A DNA stretch of 64,000 nt from Blastocladiella emersonii ATCC 22665. Taxonomy: Eukaryota > Fungi > Blastocladiomycota. The notes beneath the pieces are model-generated. The model did not search any database. It was not told where the DNA came from and saw only the letters and a list, made by a program, of their open reading frames with translations. The position numbers and the translations under genes were made by a program. The DNA lies in contig JANHCV010000001.1 in the NCBI GenBank assembly GCA_025594325.1, forward strand, positions 2,418,001-2,482,000, in the 5' to 3' direction. Position 1 is the first letter of the stretch; every line of letters begins with the position of its first letter. Of the stretch, positions 10,177 through 21,176 are shown piece by piece.

Positions 10177-12775
10177 ATGTCAACCCCGATCAAATCGCCC
10201 GCGACGCCCGTCGCCGTCGCCGGCACCACGGCACGCGCGGCATTTGCCGACCTGGCGCGCGTCCCCGTCGTCGCGCGGGCCCGCTTCCTCACGTCCAACG
10301 TCGTCCAGGTCGCCACGACCGTTCGCGACGCCGCGTCGAACAAGAAGCGCACGCTCCAGCAGACGCTGGTTCTGCGTCCCGGTGCCGCTGCGGGCGACGG
10401 ACCGCTCGTGCTCGGCCGCGGACCGGTCACTGAGGACGAGGGCGCGGGCCTCGACGCTGTCTTCTACGCCAAGGACTCTGGAGCGAGAGGCGACAGCTAC
10501 CTCCGCGCCGTCCAGCGGACCATCACTGTCGGGGACGCCAAGAAGCGCGTCGTCGAGGTCTGGGACCAGGACGGCGTTCTCGTCACCAGCACCAACGTCA
10601 CGGACGTGCATGGCGATTTTTACACGGACGGTACGCTGACTCTGCGGAATCGCCTCGCTACATGCTGCTGACGCGCTATGGCCTCGGTATAGACCAGATC
10701 GGCGGCCTCGCGTGGTCCGCCGAGGGCGACCGCCTTGTCTACGTCGCGGAGTCGAAGCCGCCAAAGTCCGACTCGCCCAACGACTTTGTGCACAACCCCG
10801 ACTTTGGCGAGCTCTACTGGTGCGCTCGCCTCCCGTGTGAACCCGAGATCGGTACCACTGACGTGTCTGCTCGCGTAGGGGCAAGCGTCCGCCCGTCCTC
10901 GTCGTCCTCGAGCCCACGGCTGACCACGACACGGCCAAGCTGGGCCTCAGCTTCACGGCTCGCGTCATTGACCTCGGCTTTGATCTCTCGCCGTCCAAGG
11001 TACACGCTTCCGCAGGCCCTCTCCGCCCCGAAACCAGCTGACGTCCATTCGTAGCCCTTCTTCGTCCTCGACGACACCGCCATCGCGTTCGTCGGGTACG
11101 AGCGCGCGCCCAAGGTGTGGGGCATCGCGCACTGCCCGAACCGCGCCGCGCGCCTGTACACGGTCCCCTCGGCGCGGCCCGCCGCCGACGACGCGTCGAG
11201 CACCGCTGCCACGGCGACGCCGCACACGCCCGACTCCATTTCGGTCCGCCACCCGGTCCCACACACGAGCCGCACCCGCGTCGCCTTCCTGAGCGTGCCC
11301 ATCGGCGGCCCGCACGCCACGTGCAGCGCGCTGCACGAGCTCGACCTGGTCTCGGGCTTGCTGACCGAGCGCGCCGCGCCCGTCGCGTCCGCCGCGACCA
11401 CGGCCGGCTTCCCGGGCCTCTTCGTCGACACCTTCACGCCCATGGGCGGGGCGTACTCGGACACCCTCGTCGCGTCGACCGCGTGGCGCAGCGAGCGCGC
11501 CGTGATCGTGATCGACGTCGCGTCGGGCACCGTGACCCGCGTCACGCCCTCGGCGTACGCCGCAGACTCGGACGTGTCCCGCGCGGACGCGCGCGGCTAC
11601 GCCGCGGCGAGTGTCGACCCGGCAAACCCGGCCCGGATCCTCGTGGTCGCAAGCGCGATCAACGCAGCGCCCGAGATCGAGCTGTGGGATACGGCGACCG
11701 GGCGCGTGGGCGCGCTGCGCGCGCCGGGCATTGGCGGCGCGGCGGGGGCTGCGATCGCGGGCGCGACCGTCGAGACGTACACGCACTCGGCGACGCTCGA
11801 GTCGATCGTCGTGCGGCCGCGTGAGGTCCCGGCGGCGACGGCGGGCAGCCCGCTCGTCATTATCCCGCACGGCGGGCCGCACACCGTGTACGCGAACGAG
11901 TGGAGCGACGCGATCTCGCCCACGGCGCTCACCCTGGTTGGGGCTGGGTACACGGTCGCTTACGGTACGTGATTATGCGCAGTCCGGCTCTCGATGGATT
12001 GCCTACCCGCTTTCGCGCGAGTCTAGTCAACTACACGGGCTCGACGGGCTTCGGCACCGCGTCGATCGACGCGCTCGTCGGCAAGATCGGCGACCTCGAG
12101 GTCAAGGAGTGCCACCAGGTCGCGGTCGAGCACCTCGCACGCAAGTCGCTCCAGCTCGACGCGGGCAACGTCTTCTACGCCGGCGGGTCGCACAGCGGGC
12201 TCATCGGCACGTTCATTGTCGCGCAGTACCCGGTACGGATTGCGCCGCCCTCATCGACACGGCGCATGACTGACGTTCGTGCGGGCGTAGGGCTTCTACC
12301 GCGCTGCCGTGATCCGCAACCCGGCCATCAGCATCGGCACCTTCTCGGGCACCGACATCCTGTACGCCCTCCCGCCCCTACCCGCGCCTCTCCACTCCGA
12401 CACCCACCCTAACCGCCCACCGCGTGTAGCGACTGGTCCTTTGCCGAATGCGGCCTGCCGCACGACCTGCGCCGGCCGTCGTTCGTGACGCCGGCCGTGT
12501 ACGCGCGCATGTGGCAGCACAGCGGGACGTCGGTGATCGAGTCGGTGACGACGCCGACGCTGGTGATGCTGGGCGCCAAGGACGCGCGGGTCCCGCCGTT
12601 CCAGGGGCTCGAGTGGGCCGCGTGGTTGCGCGGGAACAAGCCCGAGGTGCCCGTCCGCACGCTGTGGTTCCCGGACGCCGGCCACGGGCTCGACTCCATG
12701 GACGCGCACCGGTTCGGGTTCGAGGCGATTCTGCACTTTTTCGAGGAGTTCCGCGTCGTCGTCGCTCGCGACTAG
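10177..12775 (+). CDS. APEH: Acylamino-acid-releasing enzyme / S9C prolyl oligopeptidase-family peptidase
   Basis: The multi-exon reconstruction gives FGELYWGKRPP, WGIAHCPNR, PLVIIPHGGPH, VNYTGSTGFG, nucleophile GGSHSG, LGAKDARVP (catalytic Asp) and DAGHGL (catalytic His). Confidence 0.85.
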
Positions 12776-12879
12776 GACGGATTAGAGGCAGATGTGAAAG
12801 GTAGATGTATCATGATTTTGCTAATCGACCCATTCCATCTACACCAAGTGTGCAAGTGCAGCGAGCACGGACCCGACAC

Positions 12880-14859
12880 CTAGAAGTTGGGCGTCGCACC
12901 AAGATCGGAGAGCTCGGTCCGCACGGCCTTTTCAGACTCGACCTTGCGAATCTGCGCGTTGTCGAGCTTCTCGCCGTTGGCCAGCTTCTGCTTGAGGCCC
13001 TGGATCTGCTTGAGCTTCTTGACGAGCGCCTGCACGCGCTTCTCGGCGCCGGCCGCGTCGACAACAGCGCCGGGGACGGGCGACGGCGTCGAGCCGGGCC
13101 GCGCGCCCTGCTGCGGCTGCGGCTGACCACGACCACCCTGCTGAGGTCTATTCGCGCCGGGCGGCGGCGTCGGGGCCATCCCGGGGACCTGGCGGCCGCG
13201 GCCAGCCGAGGGCGGGGGCGAGGGCGCTCTGAACACGGCGCCGGGGACGGTGCGAGGCCCGTTGCGGGCGGATGGCGGGCGGTACGCGCCGCCGAGGGCC
13301 TTGGGCTTGGGTGCAGCGACGCCGACGAGCCCCTGGGGCGCGGGCGACAGGTCGCGCTTGGCCCAGTGGTCGAGGTTGGGTCCGTTGCCCGTGGTCGGGC
13401 GCCACGCGACCTGGAACAGCTCCTTGACGGCGTGCGACGCGACGCAGATGCCGCGGTAGTGCCACAGCTTCCACCCGTTGTCGACGCGGAGGCGCGGCGA
13501 CAGCGTCGAGGTGAGCAGGTGACGGCCGTCGGGCGACCACGACAGGTGCGTGGCGTTGGGCGACGAGGCGGCGGCGAGCTTGACGCGCTTGGTCATGTCC
13601 CAGAAGTCGAGGTCGCCCGGCAGGTTGCCGAAGCCGCCGACGGCGAGGACGCGGCCCGTGGGCGAGAAGCTGAGCGTGTTGCGGGGCGCGGTGCCGAAAT
13701 CGAAGATCGGGTCGGCCTTGTACGAGAAGAGCGCCGTCTTGGACGGGATGAAGCCGTAGGTGACGGCAAACTCCTTGGAGTTGGGCGCCCACGCCACGTC
13801 GTGGATCGGGCCCTCCTTGTCGAGCGCGACGCGGCAGTCCCAGTTGCCCGTGGTGCTCATGTAGTACAGGTTGTTCTCGCCGTAGTAGGACTGGCCCGTC
13901 GAGTCCACGTCGGTCGAGGTGAGCACGAGCACGCCGGTGCCGATCTTGTTCCAGATGAACTTGATCTTGTCGGCCTTGAAGAAGGTCTTGTTGGCGACGG
14001 GGGCCTTGGAGTTGCCGAGGCTGAACATCTTGACGATGGCGGGGTTGCCCGACTTGGACTCGGGGATGAACACGACCACGTATGGGTTGCTGCCGGGCGA
14101 CAGCGAGTAGTCGGCGATGCCGGCGGACCGCAGCGAGAAGGGCTTGCCCGCGTTGTAGGCCTGGGTGGTCGGGTAGAAGGTGACCTCGCCCGTGGTCGTG
14201 AGGCGGCCGTACACGGCCTCGTCGTCGGTCCACTGCGGGACCCACGACCCCTGCGCCTTTTGCGCGTGGCGCGCAATCACCTCGCCCGTCACCACGTTGT
14301 GGATGAGCAGGTTGAGGTGCTGCTGCCGCGTGGCCGGGTCGGGCTTGGCCTGCCGCTCCCACGTGCACACGTACGTGCCCTTGGGCGACATGGACACCTC
14401 GATGATCCCCTTTTGCGCAAACGAGTACGTCTGCTCGTTGGTCGCGACATCGACGACCGACAGACTACATGGCACGGGGGATCGTCAGCTCGGGTCCCGA
14501 CGTAGTACGGGACATCCGTGAGCGGCACGCACCCCTCGTTATCGACCAGCGCGAGCACGGCGCCGTTACTCGAGTAGACAAAGTGGCGGAAGGCGCCGGA
14601 CCGCGAAAAGGCCTGCGGGAGGGGCGTGTCGACGGCCGAGGGGTTGCACGAGGCAATCTCGGTTCCGCTGCGGACTAGACGGGTCCGATCCGTTGCAGGA
14701 TCCAGTCAGTACATGCTGCTGACAGCTTGCCAGCCGGCTCGACGGGCTGCATGTGGTCGTTGTTGCATGTTTTCATGGTTTGTCGATACATGGTTTGCCG
14801 AGTCGGGCCAGCAGGAGTGAGGGCGAGGCACACGCACAGGCAACAGTGTGGCTCGTCAT
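12880..14859 (-). CDS. eIF2A: Eukaryotic translation initiation factor 2A (beta-propeller)
   Basis: The main exon 14466-12880 contains KTFFKADK, TDVDSTGQSYYGENNLY, KEGPIHDVAW, GGFGNLPG, SPRLRVDNG and the C-terminal LKQIQGLKQK...LD.AQIRK. Two short upstream exons are inferred, and the start codon at 14859 is tentative. Confidence 0.9.
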
Positions 14860-15316
14860 GGTAACAGGTAGCGTGGATGATGGAGCAGGTATAGAGAGCG
14901 TCTCGCGTCACAGACGGAGGAGAGCGGGCGCGCAGAGTCGGGCGGGAAGGCGGGGCAGGGGGACGGCAGCAGGGGGCCGGGCCGAGTGCGACGAGTGCGG
15001 GCGGGAGGGGGCGATCGCAAGGCAAGGGCAACAGCAACGACACGACGGAGAGCCGGATTCGGCGCCGGCAAACCGCGGTCGCGGAGGTGAGAGAAGGAGA
15101 CGACGAGCACACGTGGAGCTCCGCCTGATCCGGCTGCCAATCGCGTCAGCGGCCCGCCGATCAGCGTTGCTTCGCCACCCAAGCCGCTTCACCACCCGCG
15201 ACCACGAGCCACTGCGCCTGCGACGATGTGACGCTCCACCCGCGATCTCGACTAAAGACAGCGTCGATGCCCGGGCTTCGATTCTCTCTCCCGCCTCTTG
15301 CCCCAAGAACCAGAAC

Positions 15317-15772
15317 ATGCCCGAGCTGACCCCGCCCCCGACCCCGACCGCGAGCATGTACCAAGAACAGACCAGCTGGGTTCCGACCGCCGTGCCCCTC
15401 GTGCTCGACATGCTCGAGCAAGGCGAGAAGGAGCCTTGCCCCGGCTGGGCGCAGCTCGATTCGGCCGGCCGTCGCGCGGCCGTCTACGAAGCGCTCGAGC
15501 GCGCTGCAGTCAACGCGCGCGAACTCAAAGCTGCGGCGCTGGCTCCGCCTACCACCGCCGCTCGCCCTACCGCGCAAGAGTTTGGCGCGCAGCTTCTTGC
15601 GGCCTGCGACGAGGAGGAGCGACTGCCACAGCTTGACCAGATCGCCATCCTTGTCGCCAGCCTCAACGAGCCTCTTCCCGGCGTGAGCGAGTACCGCGAG
15701 CTCATGGGTCGTGCGCCGCACCAGCTCGCCAACCTCGAGCGCGTTCCGGTCCTGCCTGCCCACTCCGCCTGA
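15317..15772 (+). CDS. Hypothetical 151-aa protein (orphan, intronless)
   Basis: ATG at 15317 to TGA at 15772 with protein-like composition and no recognised motif. Confidence 0.45.
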   Translation: MPELTPPPTPTASMYQEQTSWVPTAVPLVLDMLEQGEKEPCPGWAQLDSAGRRAAVYEALERAAVNARELKAAALAPPTTAARPTAQEFGAQLLAACDEEERLPQLDQIAILVASLNEPLPGVSEYRELMGRAPHQLANLERVPVLPAHSA

Positions 15773-16281
15773 TCCTGCGAGTCGACTCACGCCCAAGTTA
15801 CGCCGCCATGAGTCAAGGCCAACTCGGATGCGGTCTAACATAGTTTCAATCAATACAATCCCCAATTGCTCCTGTTTGAACGCTTCGAGACTCGCCTTCA
15901 GCACCCCGAGAGCCGACGAGCTTTGCAGAATCGACGCGTCGGGAAAACACGTGAGATCAGGTGCGCTGAGAGACGCGTCCTCGCGACGAGACACCTCGCG
16001 CCGCGCGTGTGTCTCCAACGCGTGTCTCCACTCGCCTAAACCGGCGCGTCCGCGAACGCGTCGCTCTTTTTTCACTCCGCCACGATCGGACCGCGGTCGC
16101 GCTGGCCGGCCGGAAATCGCCATGGACCGTGCGTGTCTCGCACCCGCTCGGTCCCGCCCCCCTTCCTCGCCGTCATTATTGATCTGGCCCTCGAACCCCC
16201 CTTTCCACGTGCACTTGCTTGTGCCGTGCGCTCTCCCCTTGTTCGACCCGACTGTAAGCATCGCATCGTAGAGACTCGCAC

Positions 16282-19200
16282 ATGCATCAACAACCCACGC
16301 TGGCGACCGATGCGCCGCCACCTGCACCGACTACTGCACCGGCGGCTACTGGACCGCGCACGGATGCGGCCTCGGCTTCTTCATCCTCATCTTCTTCCAC
16401 AACACCCCGCGGCATGACCGACGGTCACCCCCACCCCCATCCCGCCGCGCCCGCCGCGGCGCACGGCCACGGCGCGCAGCCGCAGGTCGTCGACTTCACG
16501 GGCTCGGACCTCAAGTTCAACCGCCCGCGCCGCACCGTGTCGAGCGCCGGGTCGAGCTCGCCGCACGCGTCGCGGTTCGGCGTGACGACGCAGGTCGGCA
16601 GTCCTGGTGTCGCTCGATCGCGCATTGGCGGCCCGGGCGCCGCGGCGCCCGCGGGACCACGGCGGGAGGCGTCCGACTCGACGCTGCCGTACATCCCGCC
16701 GCTCAAGGCCCGCGAGCCGCTCAAGCACCTCCCGCACACGTCGACGCACTACGCGCTCGCTAACCGCCACGCTGGCGGCACCACGCAGGCGTCGGCGACG
16801 TCGCCCGCGTCTGGTGCGGCTGCGGCCGTTTCGACGGGCGGCAAGTCCGCGTCGCGCCCATCCACGGCGCCTGGGGACCGGCCAAGGTCGCCGCACCGTG
16901 CCGACGGCGTGCACTCGGGTACCATGACGCCGACGCGTGGATCATCTTCATCGGCATCCGCCCAGTCGGCTGCCGCTCAGCGTCGTCCCGGATCCGCGAG
17001 CCCCTCGCACCTGGGCACGCGCACCAACTCGGCAACGACACCTAGCCGGATCCCGCGCCGGACCGAGGGCGCCGTGACTCCGCCCTCTCGCATCGCTGCG
17101 CGCGGAACCAGCCCCAGCGGCGGCGCTCCACGGCCGTCGTCCCCGCACCGGTCGCGGATCCACGCCGCCGACCCGCCACCCAACAAGTCGTCGAGTTTCT
17201 CGTCCATCTCGGACCTGCTTCGACGCCCGGAGGAGTCGAGCACCGCGCTCGCGGCGCCCGCCCAGCAGCAACAGCAGCTGCCGCAGATGCAGATCGGCGA
17301 CGCCGTCGACGACGCGACGGTGCACCGGACGATTGCCGAGCTGATGGCGGCCAAGGACGAGGTCAGCGTCAACCGCGCACTCGACTCGCTGCTCCCGATG
17401 ACCAGCCCGGCGCTCGCGGCGGCGTGCACGGCCACCGAGTTTGTCGGGTTCCTCCTGTCAGCCGTCAAGACGTACGCCAAGCAGCCCGCGCTGTGCGCTA
17501 AGCTGTTCCAGTTCATCAACAACCTGGTCCAGCTCAACGGTACGCTTTTCGTATGACTGGGCTAATGGTCGAGCTAGAGCTAACGATCATGGACAACGTG
17601 CAGATCAGTTCTCGGCGGTGCTCGTCTCGCTCGGCGGGCTGTCTGTCGTGCTGCAGGCCGGGACCATGGCGTGCGGTTCGAGTACGTGCTCGCCCCCTTC
17701 GTCCTCGCGCTCCAACGCAGCTAACCAGTGCGTCCAATCTAGGTGCGCGCCGGCAGTCGCAAGACCGCATGGCCAACATCGAGTCGGGTCCGTCGCAGAC
17801 ACAGCTGCAGCTGCAGCTGCAGCCGCGCGCCGTCGGGCAGGCCCCGCGTTCGCGTTCGCTGAGCGCCGCGTCCATGAACGACATGGGCAGCGACTATATG
17901 TTCTCGCGCATGTCGTTCTCGTCGCAGGACTTCCAGCGGCGGTACCTGCGCAAGGCCGACACGCTGCTGGAGCAGCGGTCGACGTCGGACGAGAACCTGA
18001 TCGACAGCCTGCTCAGCAGCTACCTCGACTCGCGGTTCCTCGACTACGTCGAGAAGATGGACAAGGAGGAGCGCACCAACACGGTCAAGCACCTGCTCAT
18101 CCTGTTCGCCAAGGTCGGCCGCCTGCTCACCGTATCGACGTACAGCGTCGAACTCGAGATGAAGAGCGCGATGCGCAAGCTGCTCGAGGAGACGCTCGAA
18201 ATCACCCACGCCGAGGCCGCCTTCGTTTACTTCCTCGACAACCGCACCAGCGAGCTGATCCTCGAGGACGTGGCCGTCTCGGCCCACGTCTCGGGCGCCG
18301 CGCGCGCTGAGAGCGTCAAGGACCTGTCGGCCTCGGCGAGCGGCTCGGCTACCGCTGCCGCGGCGGCCGCGGCCATGGTCACCAAGACGCTCGGCTCCGG
18401 CACCTCGCTCAACAGCTCTTCCGCGTCGGCCACGAGTGCTGTGCTCGCCGCCGCACTCCCTGTCGCCGCTGCCGTTCCCGCGCCGCCAGGCCACCTGTTC
18501 GCGTTCCCGAACGGCACGCGGTTCGCGCTGGGCCGCGGGATCGCGAGCGCGTGCATCCAGCGCGACGCGCTGATCAACATCCGGTACTCGTCGGCGGACG
18601 CGGGCACCGTGGACCGCGAGGTCGACGGGCTCGGGTGCGAGCCGATCGTCGGCCTGCTCGCGATCCCGCTCCGCCACAGCGACGGGCGCCCGCTCGGGTG
18701 CCTCGTCGCGCTCAACAAGCTGTGTCACCCGGGCGAGGTCAACATGGCCCGGTTGCGGCACGCCGCGACGCCCGCGGCGACAGTGGCTGCGCCCGCAGCG
18801 GCGACGACGTGTGCTGTGGCGACATGCGCAACGAGCGAGACGGCGGCCGAGGCTGTGAGTCTGACGCTGGCCAAGGTCGCGACCGCGGCCGGGGCGGGCA
18901 TCGACTCGGCGGTCGGAGCCACGCCAACGACGGGGTCGCCGCCGACGCCCAGTACGGGATCCAACCCGTCGCTCGCCCCTGCCAGCACCACGGGCGCCGC
19001 GCCCGAACCCTCGACCGCGGCACCGCCACCGCCGGCCGTCGCGCCCATCACGCTGCCGCTCCCGCCGGGCTTCTCGCGGCAGCCGTTCTCACACGAGGAC
19101 GACTTCCTGTTCCGGATCCTGCGGATCCAGACGGAGATGATCGTGAGCAACGCGGCGTCGTACGACAACATGAAGCGGACGCAGAAGAAGGTGGAGGTGC

Positions 19201-20964
19201 TGCTGGACACGACGCGGTCGCTGTCGAGCCAGCTGCAGCTCGAGTCGCTGATCCAGGAGATCATGCGGGCGGCCAAGGAGCTGCTGGGCGCGGACCGGTG
19301 CACGCTGTTCCTGCTCGACGAGGCCAACAACCAGCTGTGGTCGCAGATCCCGGACAAGGACGGCCGCATGAAGCACATCCGGTTCCCGAGCACCGTCGGG
19401 ATCGCCGGCGCTGTCGCGACGACCGGCACGCCCATCAACATCCCCGACGCGTACGCGGACGCGCGGTTCAACCCGGACGTCGACAAGCAGACCGGGTACA
19501 AGACCAGCTCGATCCTGTGCATGCCCATCAAGAACGCGGACGGCGCGATCGTTGGGGTCACCCAGATGATCAACAAGCTGGCGGGCATCTTCTCGCACGA
19601 CGACGAGCAGCTGCTCGACGCGTTCTCTGCGCAGGCCGCCGTGGCCATCGAGAAGTCGGTGCTGTTCCAGCAGACGGAGCGGATGCGCGACTACCTCGAC
19701 TCGATCCTGCAGTCGCTGTCGCCGTGCGTCGTGTCGCTGTCGCAGCAGCTCAAGCTCAACACCATCAACCGGCCGTGGCTCATCGACTTTTTGGGCACGC
19801 CGCGCGAGACCATGGCCAACCAGCCCATCGACGCGTGGCTCGGCGACGCCAACGCCATGATGCTGCAGGACATCCGGTCGGTGCTGGCGACGGGCACGAG
19901 CGCGTACTCGGCCGACTACGAGCTCAAGGGCACGGGCGGTGCGACCAAAATCATCAACTACAACATTGTGCGGCACATTGGCGGCCAGGGCCTGGTCGTG
20001 ATCATCGAGGACATTTCGAACGAGCGCCGCGCGCTGTCGACGCTGTCCCGGTACATGTCGCCCGAGCTCGCCAAGATGGTCATGCAGGAGGGCAGCGCCC
20101 AGCTCGGCGGCGTCCGCAAGCAGGTCTCGGTGCTGTTCTCGGACGTGCGCGGGTTCACCGAGATCTCCGAGGCGCTCAAGCCCCACGAGGTCGTCGAGCT
20201 GCTCAACGAGCATTTCACGCACTGCGTCAACTCGATTGTCGCCGAGGGCGGGATCCTCGACAAGTTCATTGGCGATGCGAGTACGTCTCGGCCATCGTGT
20301 CTCCGGTGATGGCCATCAACTGACCCGCGCGACCCGTGTAGTCATGGCCGTCTTCGGCGTCCCCTTCGTGAACCCCGACGACGCGATCCACGCGTGCAAC
20401 ACGGCGCTGCGCATGGTAGCGGACCTGGAAGCCTGGAACCAGCGGCGCTCCGCCGCGGGCCTGCCGACGATCGCGATCGGGATCGGCATCAACACGGGCG
20501 AGGTGCTGTCGGGCAACATTGGCAGCGAGAAGCGCATGGAGTTCTCGTGCATCGGCGACGCGGTGAACCTGAGCTCGCGCGTCGAGGGCCTGACCAAGTT
20601 CTACGGGGTCACGATCATGATCACGGCGCACACGCGCGACGAGACGCGCGGCGCCTTCGTGACGCGCGAGCTCGACACGGTGCGGCCCGTCGGCAAGAAG
20701 CAGCCCATCGTCATGTACGAGCTCGTGGCGCGCGCGGGCGAGGCGGTCGACGCGACGCGGGCCGCGGTGATCGACGCGTACGAGGCTGCGCTCAAGCTGT
20801 ACTACGCGGGCGAGTTCGAGGCCGCGGCGGACCGGTTCGAGGCCGTCGGCGTGATCGCGAAGGATAAGCCCGCCGAGCTCATGCTGCGCCGGTGTCGCAA
20901 GTTCATCGGCGACCCGGAGCTCAGGAAGGCGTTCAACGGCGTGTATGTCGCGGACAGCAAGTAA
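16282..20964 (+). CDS. Class III nucleotidyl (probably adenylyl) cyclase, GAF-GAF-PAS-cyclase-TPR, about 1498 aa
   Basis: Exons are 16282-17539, 17604-17681, 17743-20280 and 20342-20964. The second GAF has ADRCTLFLLD, GIAGAVATTG, DAYADARFNPDVDKQTGYKT and NKLAGIFSHDDE. A PAS domain ends in EDIS. The catalytic domain has VLFSDVRGFT, DKFIGDAIMAVFG and EFSCIGDAVNLSSRVEG, followed by a C-terminal TPR-like helix pair. No transmembrane segments are seen. Confidence 0.9.
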
Positions 20965-21176
20965 CCATACAGTAGATACTTACTTTAGAAACGAGATAGA
21001 TTTTGCAATAGTGGTGGTGGACACGGACGGCTAGGAGAACAGATGATGTGTGTGTGTGCAGAGTGCGGAGGCACCGCGGCGGCGGCGGCGAGCATGACGG
21101 TGTTGAGTGGTTGTTGTTGCTGAAGTTGAACGGCTGTGAGCGTGCGTGAACCGCGAACGGGTAATGATGGTGCAAA

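Noticed and set aside
16282-20964. Rhodopsin-guanylyl cyclase (CyclOp-like)
   Set aside because: There is no seven-transmembrane opsin segment, and the specificity positions (Lys, Ser) point to ATP rather than the Glu/Cys pair of guanylyl cyclases.
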